A stretch of 64,000 bases of DNA from Vulcanimicrobiota bacterium (lineage in GTDB: Bacteria > Vulcanimicrobiota > Vulcanimicrobiia > Vulcanimicrobiales > Vulcanimicrobiaceae), in assembly GCA_963795855.1 (NCBI GenBank), contig CAWCIZ010000003.1:864001-928000 (forward strand), read 5' to 3'. Of the stretch, positions 54,336 through 64,000 are shown piece by piece. The position numbers and the translations under genes were made by a program. Positions within the stretch are counted from its first letter, which is position 1, and each line of letters opens with the position of its first letter. The notes beneath the pieces were generated by a model that made no database searches, had not been told where the DNA came from, and was given only the letters and a program-made list of their open reading frames with translations.

Positions 54336-55076
54336 ATGAATACCAGCCTCGGACGCCATCTCTATGGCTTGGCGGCGATTACTTTGGGCATCTGCACGCT
54401 GATATGGCGCGATTTCATTTGGCAGATCGAACCGCCCGGGGCCTTTGTGCATGTCGGCGCCATCATCGATTGCGCCGGCGTAGTGCAGATCCTCGGCGGC
54501 ATCGCGATTCAATTTCGACGTAGCGCACGCGCCGGCGCGACCGGGCTCGGTATCGTCTACGCCATTTTCACGCTTCTGTGGCTGCCTTTGTGGATTCGTA
54601 AACCGCTTGTCTTCGACTATTTGGGAAATGCCTTCGAACAATTCGCGATGTGCACGGGAGCGCTTGTGGTTTACGGGGCAAAAGCTGCGCGCATCGGGTA
54701 CTACGGGTTCGGCGTCAGCGTCATTTCGTTCGCGGTTTATCAGGCTGTGCACCTCGACTTCACCGCCGAGCTCGTTCCAAAGTGGATTCCGCCCGGGCAA
54801 ATGTTCTGGGCGATTCTCACGACGATCGCATTCGCTTTGGCCGCAGTTGCCTTACTGACCGGTTTGGAGGCGTTGCTCGCCGCTCGCCTTACCACGCTGA
54901 TGCTCGCCATCTTCGGCGTGGCGATCTGGGTTCCGGCGACGGTGCTTCACCCGCGCAGCACGTCCGATTGGGCCGAACTCGGCATCAATTTCGGCATTTG
55001 CGGCGCGGCTTGGATCGTTGCGAACTATATCGCGCTGCGACGAAAAGCGCCCGCGCTCGGCGTCGCTCGTTCCTAA
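54336..55076 (+). CDS. DoxX-like membrane protein
   Basis: Multi-TM; LVPKWIPPGQMFWA. Confidence 0.7.
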   Translation: MNTSLGRHLYGLAAITLGICTLIWRDFIWQIEPPGAFVHVGAIIDCAGVVQILGGIAIQFRRSARAGATGLGIVYAIFTLLWLPLWIRKPLVFDYLGNAFEQFAMCTGALVVYGAKAARIGYYGFGVSVISFAVYQAVHLDFTAELVPKWIPPGQMFWAILTTIAFALAAVALLTGLEALLAARLTTLMLAIFGVAIWVPATVLHPRSTSDWAELGINFGICGAAWIVANYIALRRKAPALGVARS

Positions 55077-55278
55077 GAGGCGTTGTTGGGCCGGTCGGTT
55101 GGCGGTGCCTGCGGGTTGAACGGTACGTGATAAGCTTGTGGGAGTTAAACGAAGCGTCGGACGCGAAACGCACCCATGCGGCCATTTTTTTGGCGCGTCA
55201 TGCTGCCGCACGTTTGAGCCAAAGGTCCATGCATAAATCCCACGCAAAACATCCGTATCAGACGGGGGACGTGCTTTC

Positions 55279-57366
55279 GTGATTGCGCCATTCTTGCTCG
55301 GTGCCATGCTGACGGTAAACGATATCGTCGCACAACATCCGGTGAACGGCAGCCCGCCGACCGCTTTCACTTGGGCGCCCAACGGATCCGCGTACGTATA
55401 CAGCGTCGCAGGCGCTCGTGAAGGCGATTCACCCGTACTCCGGCTGCATGACATGCGAACGAACCGGGACCGCGCGCTTTTCAAGGCCGCCCCCGAGCAG
55501 CGCGGCTCACGTTCGCGCGATATCGCGGAAATCGTGTGGTCGCACGACAGCCGCCGCATCGCGCTGATCGATGCCGGTACCCTTGACGTCATCGATCCGG
55601 TGAACGGCCGCGAGGAGCGCCTTGTCGCGAATGCCGACGATCCGCAGTGGGCGCCGGACGACCGGCGGATCGCCTACGTCCACGAAAACGATTTGTGCGC
55701 GGTGGACCCCGTATCGCGCCGCGTCACCCAATTGACGACCACAGGTTCGCCGACGCGTATCAACGGCGACCCGGACTGGCTCTACAGCGAAGAAATGGAT
55801 GTGGAGCACGCATATGCGTGGTCGCCGGACGGCATGCGCATCGCCTATCTCTCGTTCGACGAATCGCCGATTCGCCCGTTTCCGATCGAAAATTACGTGC
55901 CGCGCATCAGCACCATCGAGCAGCAACGCTATCCGTTGGCGGGAGACAAGAATGCGCGCGTTTCGCTCAACGTCGTCGATGTCGCGTCGCGGCGTTCGCG
56001 CATGCTGTACGACGGCGGGCCGCGCGATGAGTACGTTCTTTCATTCACGTGGTCGCCGCGAGGCGGCGTCCTGCTCGATCAAATAATCGATCGCGCGCAG
56101 AAACATTTGCGCTGGTTAGCCTTTTCGCCGAATGGCGCGTCGCGCACCGTCACCAGCGAATCCGATCGGAGATTCGTCGACGTCGAGCCGCTTCCGAAGT
56201 GGTCAACGGACGGGCGAAATCTCTTCCTTCTGTCCGAACGCGGCGGGCGACAGTCGCTGTGGCGTATCGACGTCAAAAGCGGTGCAGCACGTCAAATCAC
56301 CGGCGCGTACACGGTGCAATCGATTGTGCGCTTAGATGATGCTTCGGACTATGCGTACGTGGAAGCGTACTATCCGACGAGGCGCGACCGATCGCTTCTG
56401 CGGGTTTCCCTTGCCGACGGACACGTCGACAACCTCACGCCCGGCAGCGGAAGCCACAACGTTGTTTTTGCGGAAAAGTCGCCGAACTTCATCGAAACGG
56501 ATTCCGCCTTGAATGCGCCGCCGGTCATATCGCGACGGGTTCTTGGACGCGCGTCGCATGCAGAAATCTTTCGCACGCCCGATCTTGCACGCTTCAATCT
56601 CGGAACGGTGCGCGCGTTGGAAATTCCGTCGCAATGGGGACCGCTGGACGCGACGCTCGTCGTTCCCGCAAATTTCGATGCTGCGAAACGCTATCCGGTC
56701 ATATTCACGCCGTACGGCGGACCGATCGGCATCGGCGACAATGAAAGCGTGAATCGTTGGGGCGGCCTCTTTCCGTATCTGCTCGCACAGCATGGTTTTC
56801 TTGTGTTTACGATTTCAGGACCAGCGTCGAACGTCGATCGCGCTTCCGCCGAACGTATGTTTTACCATCGCATGGGAGAGATCGCCATGGCAGGACAGCT
56901 CGCCGGCGTGAAATGGCTCGAAAAGCAGCCGTACGTCGATTCTTCACGGCTCGGTCTTACCGGATGGAGTTACGGCGGCTATCTGACCGCGTTCACGATG
57001 ACGCATGCGCCCGGCGTCTTTCGATCCGGTATCGCCGGCGCGCCGCCGGCTGACTGGCATTTTTACGACACTGCGTACACCGAACGGTACATGGGATTGC
57101 CGGCGCAGCAACGGGCCGCCTATCGCGCGACGTCGGTTTTGCCGTCTGCCGCACGACTCGATGGCTCGCTCCTGATCTTGCAAGGCACGTCGGATGATAA
57201 CGTGCACCTGATGAACTCGCTGTCGCTGCTCGATGCGTTCATGCGCGCGGGTAAGCACGTCGACTACTTCGTGTATCCTGGCGAACGTCACGGTCCGCGC
57301 AAGATCATGCATCGCAGGGACGTCTACTCGCGCATGCTCGATTGGTGGAATCGCACGCTCAAATAA
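55279..57366 (+). CDS. Dipeptidyl peptidase IV family (S9B)
   Basis: DWLYSEE, YGGP, GWSYGG, YTERYMG, DDNVH. Confidence 0.95.
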   Translation: MIAPFLLGAMLTVNDIVAQHPVNGSPPTAFTWAPNGSAYVYSVAGAREGDSPVLRLHDMRTNRDRALFKAAPEQRGSRSRDIAEIVWSHDSRRIALIDAGTLDVIDPVNGREERLVANADDPQWAPDDRRIAYVHENDLCAVDPVSRRVTQLTTTGSPTRINGDPDWLYSEEMDVEHAYAWSPDGMRIAYLSFDESPIRPFPIENYVPRISTIEQQRYPLAGDKNARVSLNVVDVASRRSRMLYDGGPRDEYVLSFTWSPRGGVLLDQIIDRAQKHLRWLAFSPNGASRTVTSESDRRFVDVEPLPKWSTDGRNLFLLSERGGRQSLWRIDVKSGAARQITGAYTVQSIVRLDDASDYAYVEAYYPTRRDRSLLRVSLADGHVDNLTPGSGSHNVVFAEKSPNFIETDSALNAPPVISRRVLGRASHAEIFRTPDLARFNLGTVRALEIPSQWGPLDATLVVPANFDAAKRYPVIFTPYGGPIGIGDNESVNRWGGLFPYLLAQHGFLVFTISGPASNVDRASAERMFYHRMGEIAMAGQLAGVKWLEKQPYVDSSRLGLTGWSYGGYLTAFTMTHAPGVFRSGIAGAPPADWHFYDTAYTERYMGLPAQQRAAYRATSVLPSAARLDGSLLILQGTSDDNVHLMNSLSLLDAFMRAGKHVDYFVYPGERHGPRKIMHRRDVYSRMLDWWNRTLK

Positions 57367-57437
57367 ACCAGCCGACTGGGTAATGCTACGCTTTTGCGCG
57401 TTGGGGACGATACCTTAGATCATCGATGGAGGCTCTA

Positions 57438-57659
57438 ATGGCGGAAAAAGTACGGATCGTTCCCACGGCCGATGGCGGATACATGATAAGCGGCGGAGAT
57501 TTTGAAGTCGTTTGGCAGAGCGGCAACGTCGTGGCGACGCGTTCCGTCGTATACCTGTGTCGCTGCGGTCAATCGAAGAATAAACCGTTTTGTGACGACA
57601 GCCATAAAAGGACGGAATTTCGGTCGCGCGAGGGAGACGAAACAGCTCATAAGGGTTAG
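57438..57659 (+). CDS. CDGSH iron-sulfur domain protein
   Basis: LCRCGQSKNKPFCDDSH. Confidence 0.9.
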   Translation: MAEKVRIVPTADGGYMISGGDFEVVWQSGNVVATRSVVYLCRCGQSKNKPFCDDSHKRTEFRSREGDETAHKG

Positions 57660-57676
57660 GTGCACCGCGGCGGAGC

Positions 57677-58435
57677 TCAAGGCCACGCGCCGGGATCGGC
57701 CGCTACGGGGAGCATCGCTGCCGGCGTCTCCAATTTCGTTACGTAAGACGACCCCTCGGAATGTGATATCACTGCAATTGACGGGTTCGAGATCGGCGGC
57801 AGTATGACGCTGTGCTCCCGGAGATACGAACCGGGCGCCCATGCTCCGACCGCGACGACTCTCCATTCAAAGGTCGTACGCGTGCGCGATGGCCTGACGT
57901 CCTCAATGCGCAGAACCCGATTCGGGAGAATTCGCGAATAGCAGAGATACGGCAGACGGTCTGGATTATTCTTGAAACTGTCGTCCTCGAAGTAGTAGGG
58001 CATCGCGTTCATCGTCAAACGGTAGCGGAACGCGCCGGGAACGCGGACCTTCAGAACCATTCCGGCCCGCACTAGCGCATCGAGGACGTCGTACGCGGTG
58101 CGTACATTCGCATCGGAAAGCCGGTCAACCGGAATGGCGCCGAGCCACGCAGGGTGCAACCACACGCCTTCCTCACGATATTCCGACGTGTAACCCGGAT
58201 AATAATAGCGGCGTATAACGGGTACTGGATTCCATCCCAGCGGAACGCAAGCGTGATACTGCTCCGACAGATCGCTCTGGAGCGTTTGCATGACGACTCG
58301 AGACGCCGGAGAACACCCGTTCAGAATGCCGCACACAAGAAGCACGCCTCGCAAAAGTTTTAACGCATCCTGGTATACTTCTGCTATGCGTTTATTTCGG
58401 CAACTGCTCAGCGTGCCCACACCATGATAACTCAT
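57677..58435 (-). CDS. Hypothetical protein, possible lipoprotein (start uncertain)
   Basis: ILNGC lipobox-like; ORF fills the gap. Confidence 0.5.
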   Translation of the reverse strand: MSYHGVGTLSSCRNKRIAEVYQDALKLLRGVLLVCGILNGCSPASRVVMQTLQSDLSEQYHACVPLGWNPVPVIRRYYYPGYTSEYREEGVWLHPAWLGAIPVDRLSDANVRTAYDVLDALVRAGMVLKVRVPGAFRYRLTMNAMPYYFEDDSFKNNPDRLPYLCYSRILPNRVLRIEDVRPSRTRTTFEWRVVAVGAWAPGSYLREHSVILPPISNPSIAVISHSEGSSYVTKLETPAAMLPVAADPGAWP

Positions 58436-58474
58436 TCGTTCGGCGGGTCGTGACGCGCCATGGAAAAGGGGCTC

Positions 58475-59882
58475 CTACAACCACTGCTCCAATCCGACGC
58501 CGACTACAGTGCCGTTCGGATCGAGGCCAAGTGAGTACGACATCGTGCCGCGATCGAACGTGGCGCGATAGTAGTAACTGAGCACGGGCGGGCGCGGATC
58601 CGAACCGACCAGTTCGAGGGAACGTAGTTTTCCGAGGCGCCGGCCCAAATCGACGTATTGCGCAGCGATCACCCCGTGCACGTATCTCGCGGTGTCCTCG
58701 CGCAGAGGAATCGACGAAAACTTGCCGGAGAGCGCTTCCATAAGATAGAGCTTGGCGCGCGCGGATTGCGCGGCGTTTTCACGCAGCGCCTTTACCGGCG
58801 GGGCGACGAGCTTTACACCGTAGAGCGTGCTGGCGATTTGATGTACGACCGGTGCAGGCTGAAAAGAATCGCTGTTTCCGAAGACGACGATCGCTACGCC
58901 GTCGTTCGGAAAGGTGTAGTTGTCCGTGATGAAGCCCGGAACGCCGCCGCTGTGAGTCGAGCACTTCTCGGTGCAAATACGTGCCGACGCCCAGTCCGAA
59001 ACCGTAGCCGGTCGACGTTCCGTCGGTAAGCTTTTGCGCCGTGGACATCATCCGGAACGAGTGAGGCGACACTACGCTTCCCGAGTCCAAAGCCGAATCC
59101 CAACGCGCAAGGTCGGAAGCGCTCGTGTTCAGGCCGCCCGCGGCCCACGCCCAATCCCAGTTCCAATCGATCGTGTGCAGCACCGGCTCGAGCGGAAGCG
59201 TAGAGTATCCCGCGGCCGCGTCATGATACACAAAGAGCGGATTCCAAAACGTCATACTGGAGAGATGCAGCGGGCGTACGATGTGCTGCATGACGAAATC
59301 GGTATACGATTGACCCGTAATCTTCTGAATGACAAGTCCGAGCAGCACGAAATTCGTGTTGCTGTATTCCCACCGTGTGCCCGGCCTGAACGCAAGCGGT
59401 TTGGAAGCGATCGTCGCTACGATATGCTCGGGCGTGGTCGGCAACTTCGACGCGGCATCGAAACTCTCGAGTTCGGTGTATCCGGGAATTCCTGACGTGT
59501 GCGTGAGCAACTGCCGTAACGTCACTTCGCCGGCATGCGGCGCGTTCGGCAAGTACTTCGAAAGTTTGTCGTCGACGTTCAACTTGCCGGCCTGCGCGAG
59601 CAGCATGATGGAAGCGGCCGTGAACTGCTTGGTGATCGAGCCGATACGAAACGTCGTTGCCGCGTCGACCGGCACGCGGTCGTCCAGATTGCTCCAGCCG
59701 AATCCTTGCGCGTAAACGACTCGTCCGTGCTCGGAAATTGCGACCGAGATTCCGGGCACGTTCTGCTGCGTGAGCGTCTGCCGCGCTATTGCGGCAATAC
59801 GGTGCTGCATCGCGGAATCGATTGGGCGCGGCCCTGCTGCCACCAGACTCATGCAAAAGAACGCGACGGCAATAGACTTCAC
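58475..59882 (-). CDS. Serine hydrolase, beta-lactamase-like family, frameshifts near 58950 and 58790
   Basis: SITK, YSN; C-terminal part in ORF 58475-58741. Confidence 0.85.
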
Positions 59883-60433
59883 GGCGAACCCTCCATGCGA
59901 CTCCGGTTCTGCGTAGAACGATCCGAGCCTTGAGCCGCGTGGAGATCGATCACCCAGTCGTTGCATCGCATGAAGTGCCCGCGTGGATACTCAAAAGTAG
60001 AAGCGCCCTCGTTCGTGAACCCGGCCTTCCTACAGACGGCATTCGATGCCGCGTTGTCGACCGCTGGATATGCGTGCATGAAGCGATGTATTCCCTCGGC
60101 CTTTGCGTAGGAAACGATCGTGCGAGCGGCTTCGCTTGCGATACCGCGGCCGGCGTACTCGGGCATCACCATCCAACCCGTCTCGTACATCTGCGCGCCT
60201 TTCCAAGTGCGTTCCCAGTAGCCGATGCTTCCCACGATGATAGTGCCGCTATCGATGCGAATGGTGAACATTCCGCCAGGGCCCGAAAAATTGGCATACC
60301 GTTTTTGACGTGCGAGAATCTGCTCGGCCGTTTCCACGCCGCCGAGATGCTCCATCATCTGCGGATTTCCGAGCGTCATTTGCAGCACAGGCAGGTCGGC
60401 GTCGGTCCAGGCATGCAACTCGATGTCGGTCAC
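59879..60433 (-). CDS. GNAT N-acetyltransferase (RimJ/RimL type)
   Basis: YETGW..PEYAGRGIA, NAASNAVCRKAGF. Confidence 0.88.
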   Translation of the reverse strand: MTDIELHAWTDADLPVLQMTLGNPQMMEHLGGVETAEQILARQKRYANFSGPGGMFTIRIDSGTIIVGSIGYWERTWKGAQMYETGWMVMPEYAGRGIASEAARTIVSYAKAEGIHRFMHAYPAVDNAASNAVCRKAGFTNEGASTFEYPRGHFMRCNDWVIDLHAAQGSDRSTQNRSRMEGSP

Positions 60434-60520
60434 GATGATTAACCTCGAGCGCGAAGGTTCCGCGAGGCGGCCTCGTCTCCCGCAGGCAGCGTGCATTACG
60501 GCGCATAATTTTTGCAGCGC

Positions 60521-62476
60521 ATGAAAAGAACGACGATCGCCGCCGCATTCGCCCTGACCGGTATCTTCGCGCTCCCGGCCGCCGCACAAACCCCGTCGAT
60601 GAAACAAGTGCTGCAAGCGGCGTTTTCGATAACGTCGTACGGCAGCGTCGCAATATCGCCGGGCGGCAACGCGGTCGCGTACGAAGCAACGACGCGGCCC
60701 GGCGGCTTGAAGAATCCAATGCCGCAAACGGCGCTCTACGTCCAAACTGTGCCGGGTGTCGCTGTGCGGCTGACGGGCGGCAACGGAAAGGCGTTTTTCG
60801 AGGAGTCCGAGCCCCAATTTTCGCGGGACGGTGCGCGCATTGCGTTCTTGTCTAATGCGGGCAACAAAGAGCAGGCGCAGATCTATCTTGCGAATTCGGA
60901 CGGCTCGCACGTTCGGCAGCTGACGCATCTGACCGGCGCCGTGCAATCGCTGCGCTGGTCGCCGGACGGCGCAGATCTCGCCGTGCTCTCGATTGCGCAT
61001 CCGCACCGAAAATCGGGCGCTCTTGCTGCAGGAGCGCGCAAAGTGGGCGTTATCGGTTCGGTAATCGACGAGCAGCAACTCGCCGTCGTGAACACCTCGA
61101 CGGGCGTGCTGCGCGAACTGACGCCCGCCGATGCGTATGTCTACGAATATGGCTGGGCGCCGGATTCGAAGCGTTTGGCCTTCACCTACGCATATGGAAA
61201 CGGCGACAACAATTGGTGGGTTGCGCGCTTGGCGACGATCGATCTCGAGGCGCGCCGTCGCGATCTGCTTCGTCCAAAATTCCAAATCAACGATCCCGTT
61301 TGGTCCCCGGACGGCCGGAGCATTGCCGTGATCGGCGGTTTGATGAGCGACTTCGGCTCCGTCGGCGGCGACGTTTATCTTGTCGACCCGAATACGGGAC
61401 GCACGCGCGACGTCACGCCGAACATGCAGCTGAATGCGGCGTCGCTGCACTGGACGAGCCCCTCGCAGTTGCTCATGACGGCGCACGATCTCGGATCGCT
61501 GATGCTGTTCCGCTTGAATGTTAAGTCTGGGGCGCGTCAACCCATTGGGTATACCGGCGAAACCGTTTACCGCTGGGATGCAACCCCCAGCGGAAGGAAC
61601 ATCGCCTTTGTCCGCACGTCCTTCTCGCGTCCGCCGGAGGTCTGGATGGGTGCGCCGGGTGCGGCGAAGCAAATCACGCACGGCAATGCCGGCGCCCCGC
61701 GATTCTGGACCAAAGCCGTGTCGCTGCGTTGGATCGACGGAGCGTATCGTCCGCAAGGCTGGCTGATTTATCCCCGCGACTTCAATCCCGCAAAGCGCTA
61801 TCCGATGATCACGATCGTCCACGGCGGTCCCAGCTCGGAAAGCTTGCCGACATACACAAACACGACCATGGCGGCGCTCACCAGTCACGAGTACTTCGTA
61901 TTGGAACCAAACCCGCGCGGAAGTTACGGCCAAGGTGAAACGTACACCAGCGCAAACGTGAAAGATTTCGGCTACGGCGACTGGCACGACGATCTCGCCG
62001 GGGTAGACGCAGCAATCGCGCACGCGCCGATCGACGCCCATCGCCTAGGCTTGTGGGGCTGGAGTTACGGCGGTTACATGGGCATGTGGGCAGAAACGCA
62101 AACCAGGCGTTTCAAAGCGATCGTTGCCGGCGCGGGCGTCGTGAATTGGCAGTCGTACTACGGTCAAAACGACATCGACCAGTGGATGATTCCGTTCTTC
62201 GGCGCGTCCGTGTACGACGATCCCGCAGTGTATGCGAAAAGTTCACCCATTACGTTTATCAAAAACTCGCACACGCCCGTCCTGATCTTGCAAGGCGAGC
62301 GTGACGAAGAGGTCCCGGCGCCTCAAGCGTTCGAGTTTTATCACGCGATGCAGACACTCGGCGTACCTTCGAGATTGGTCGTGTATGCTGATGAGGGGCA
62401 TGGTCCGCGCAAGCCGGCGAACCAAATCGACATTTTGCAGCGCACCTTGAACTGGTTCGGAAAGTACCTGAAATAA
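60521..62476 (+). CDS. S9 family peptidase (acylaminoacyl peptidase type)
   Basis: HGGP, NPRGS.G.G, GWSYGG, DEEVP, EGH. Confidence 0.95.
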   Translation: MKRTTIAAAFALTGIFALPAAAQTPSMKQVLQAAFSITSYGSVAISPGGNAVAYEATTRPGGLKNPMPQTALYVQTVPGVAVRLTGGNGKAFFEESEPQFSRDGARIAFLSNAGNKEQAQIYLANSDGSHVRQLTHLTGAVQSLRWSPDGADLAVLSIAHPHRKSGALAAGARKVGVIGSVIDEQQLAVVNTSTGVLRELTPADAYVYEYGWAPDSKRLAFTYAYGNGDNNWWVARLATIDLEARRRDLLRPKFQINDPVWSPDGRSIAVIGGLMSDFGSVGGDVYLVDPNTGRTRDVTPNMQLNAASLHWTSPSQLLMTAHDLGSLMLFRLNVKSGARQPIGYTGETVYRWDATPSGRNIAFVRTSFSRPPEVWMGAPGAAKQITHGNAGAPRFWTKAVSLRWIDGAYRPQGWLIYPRDFNPAKRYPMITIVHGGPSSESLPTYTNTTMAALTSHEYFVLEPNPRGSYGQGETYTSANVKDFGYGDWHDDLAGVDAAIAHAPIDAHRLGLWGWSYGGYMGMWAETQTRRFKAIVAGAGVVNWQSYYGQNDIDQWMIPFFGASVYDDPAVYAKSSPITFIKNSHTPVLILQGERDEEVPAPQAFEFYHAMQTLGVPSRLVVYADEGHGPRKPANQIDILQRTLNWFGKYLK

Positions 62477-62505
62477 GCGCCGCAATTCGTGGTTATGCTG
62501 TAAGT

Positions 62506-63105
62506 ATGTGGCCGCAGCCGATCGTTTTGCAGAATGAAATCGTGCGCCTCGTGCCGCTGGAAGCGGCGCATGGCGATGCGTTGAAGCAAGCCGCGAGCGA
62601 CGGACGCCTTTGGGAGTTGTGGTACACGACGATTCCGGAGCCGGGTGAGATGGCCGCCGAAATCGAACGCCGCTTGAGCTTACAGCGTCAGCGCTCGATG
62701 CTGCCGTTCACCGTCGTGGACTCTCGCAGCGATCGCATCGTCGGACAAACGACGTACATGAACGTCGATCCGCAAAACCGCCGGCTGGAAATCGGCTCGA
62801 CGTGGTATGCCGCAAGCGCGCAGCGAACGGCAATCAACACCGCGAGTAAATTGTTGCTCTTGACGCATGCGTTCGAGAACTTGCAGTGCATTGCCGTCGA
62901 ATTCCGCACGTCTTCGTTCAACTTCCGGAGCCGGTGCGCGATAGAGCGCATCGGCGCCAAACTCGACGGTGTGCTGCGCCATCACATGCATCACCGGGAC
63001 GGCACGCTTCGCGATACGGTGGTGTACAGCATCATCGCGCCGGAATGGCCGGCGGTGCGGCAAAATCTTGCGGCGCGGTTAGCGCACGGGAGGGAGCGCG
63101 GCTAA
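62506..63105 (+). CDS. GNAT N-acetyltransferase
   Basis: LEIGSTWY..QRT.INT, N.RS..AIERIGA, RDTVVYSI. Confidence 0.92.
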   Translation: MWPQPIVLQNEIVRLVPLEAAHGDALKQAASDGRLWELWYTTIPEPGEMAAEIERRLSLQRQRSMLPFTVVDSRSDRIVGQTTYMNVDPQNRRLEIGSTWYAASAQRTAINTASKLLLLTHAFENLQCIAVEFRTSSFNFRSRCAIERIGAKLDGVLRHHMHHRDGTLRDTVVYSIIAPEWPAVRQNLAARLAHGRERG

Positions 63106-63720
63106 CGCAGACGCGATGTCGGGATATCGGCTGAACGAGTCGCAGGTGATTACTACGGTCGCGCCTCCCGCGAATATGGCGTAGCGCCCGCTGTACTCTT
63201 GCTCCTCGCGCGTGACTGCCCAAACGCCGGGAAGCACTTGCGATCGTTGGTCCGTAACGCTACCTGATTTTGCGTATCGCGGAAGCGTCGCAGGGGTGTA
63301 TGCGTATCTTAGGACGTTGCCGACGGCGTCCACGGAGAACGTCCCGCTCCCGTGACTGCCGTCGCGCTGCAGCGGCGTGAACGCGTAAGTGCGCGAGTCC
63401 AGTGCCTGATACGAATACTCGCCGATGAACTGCGGATCGAACGGCCGGTGAAAAACGTCGGCCGGATTCGGATGTTCGTACTGATTTTCTACTTGCGCTA
63501 TGGTCCGCGCATCCGCGGGTTGCCCTCCCGTCATATCACGAATCACGCGCACCTTGACGGTGCGGCCGTCTTCGCTCGCCACGGCGAGCACCAGCTCGTC
63601 ATGACGATGCATCGGTCCGGCATGCACGTCGAAGATGCGCGTCATTCGATAGACGATCGCGCCGCGTTCTTGCGTCAGGGCGTGCTGCGCGATCTGCGCG
63701 ACCGCCGGCGGAGGCAACAC
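63079..63720 (-). CDS. Hypothetical protein (start uncertain)
   Basis: 213-aa ORF with plausible composition. Confidence 0.55.
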   Translation of the reverse strand: MLPPPAVAQIAQHALTQERGAIVYRMTRIFDVHAGPMHRHDELVLAVASEDGRTVKVRVIRDMTGGQPADARTIAQVENQYEHPNPADVFHRPFDPQFIGEYSYQALDSRTYAFTPLQRDGSHGSGTFSVDAVGNVLRYAYTPATLPRYAKSGSVTDQRSQVLPGVWAVTREEQEYSGRYAIFAGGATVVITCDSFSRYPDIASALAALPPVR

Positions 63721-63745
63721 GAGCCGGACGAAGGCCCCGGCGGAT

Positions 63746-63961
63746 CTAGGTCGCGTCGCGCACGTTGCGCTTCGTCTTGTCGATTCCGGCCTTCGCTTCC
63801 TCAGTCACTTCGCGCGCCACCGAGCCGGCTTTTTCGCCCGGAGTCATCACGTCGCCGAAGGCGGTGCGTCCCGCTCGCTCCGCGTCCGCGTTGCCGCGAT
63901 GCGCGCCTTCTTTGATTGCGTCGCCTACGTCTTGAACGGTTTTCTTGATTTCATTTCCCAT
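63746..63961 (-). CDS. Small hydrophilic CsbD/LEA-like protein
   Basis: 71 aa, charged Ala/Gly-rich. Confidence 0.6.
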   Translation of the reverse strand: MGNEIKKTVQDVGDAIKEGAHRGNADAERAGRTAFGDVMTPGEKAGSVAREVTEEAKAGIDKTKRNVRDAT

Positions 63962-64000
63962 AGTGTAAGCAGACTACCCCGTGCCCGAATCCCGATAACG

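Noticed and set aside
35716..59882. Frameshifts in peptidase genes as programmed frameshifting or pseudogenisation
   Set aside because: Scattered single indels with otherwise intact catalytic motifs fit long-read error better.
60434..62041. Long N-terminal extension of the GNAT ORF (720 aa)
   Set aside because: Antisense to the S9 peptidase; only the last ~184 codons look like a GNAT.

Overview
Bacterial chromosome segment. The gene families (TM+GAF-like sensors, paired ECF sigma/anti-sigma genes, many secreted peptidases) resemble Eremiobacterota/Vulcanimicrobiota, but this is inference only. 1-10.5 kb is core or housekeeping: GGDEF, apt, relA/spoT, TauE, RND permease, and rpsF with a probable S6:S18 leader, then ssb. 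Directly after the ssb stop codon lies a three-tyrosine-recombinase plus small-gene element (GInt/ginABCD-like, about 10466-16862), bounded by direct copies of the last 9 bp of ssb (CCGTTTTAG). It is followed by a tandem array of small recombinase-free cassettes (16863-20542). These share a left arm (8-bp tandem repeats plus a hairpin) and a ~75-bp right arm ending in an ssb-3'-end mimic. This array is the most notable feature. The remainder is accessory DNA: ECF sigma/anti-sigma pairs, gene remnants, an ankyrin gene with a structured leader, and a dense cluster of secreted peptidases and serine hydrolases. Many genes carry single-base frameshifts, probably long-read indel errors, so several CDS coordinates are joined across frames by hand.
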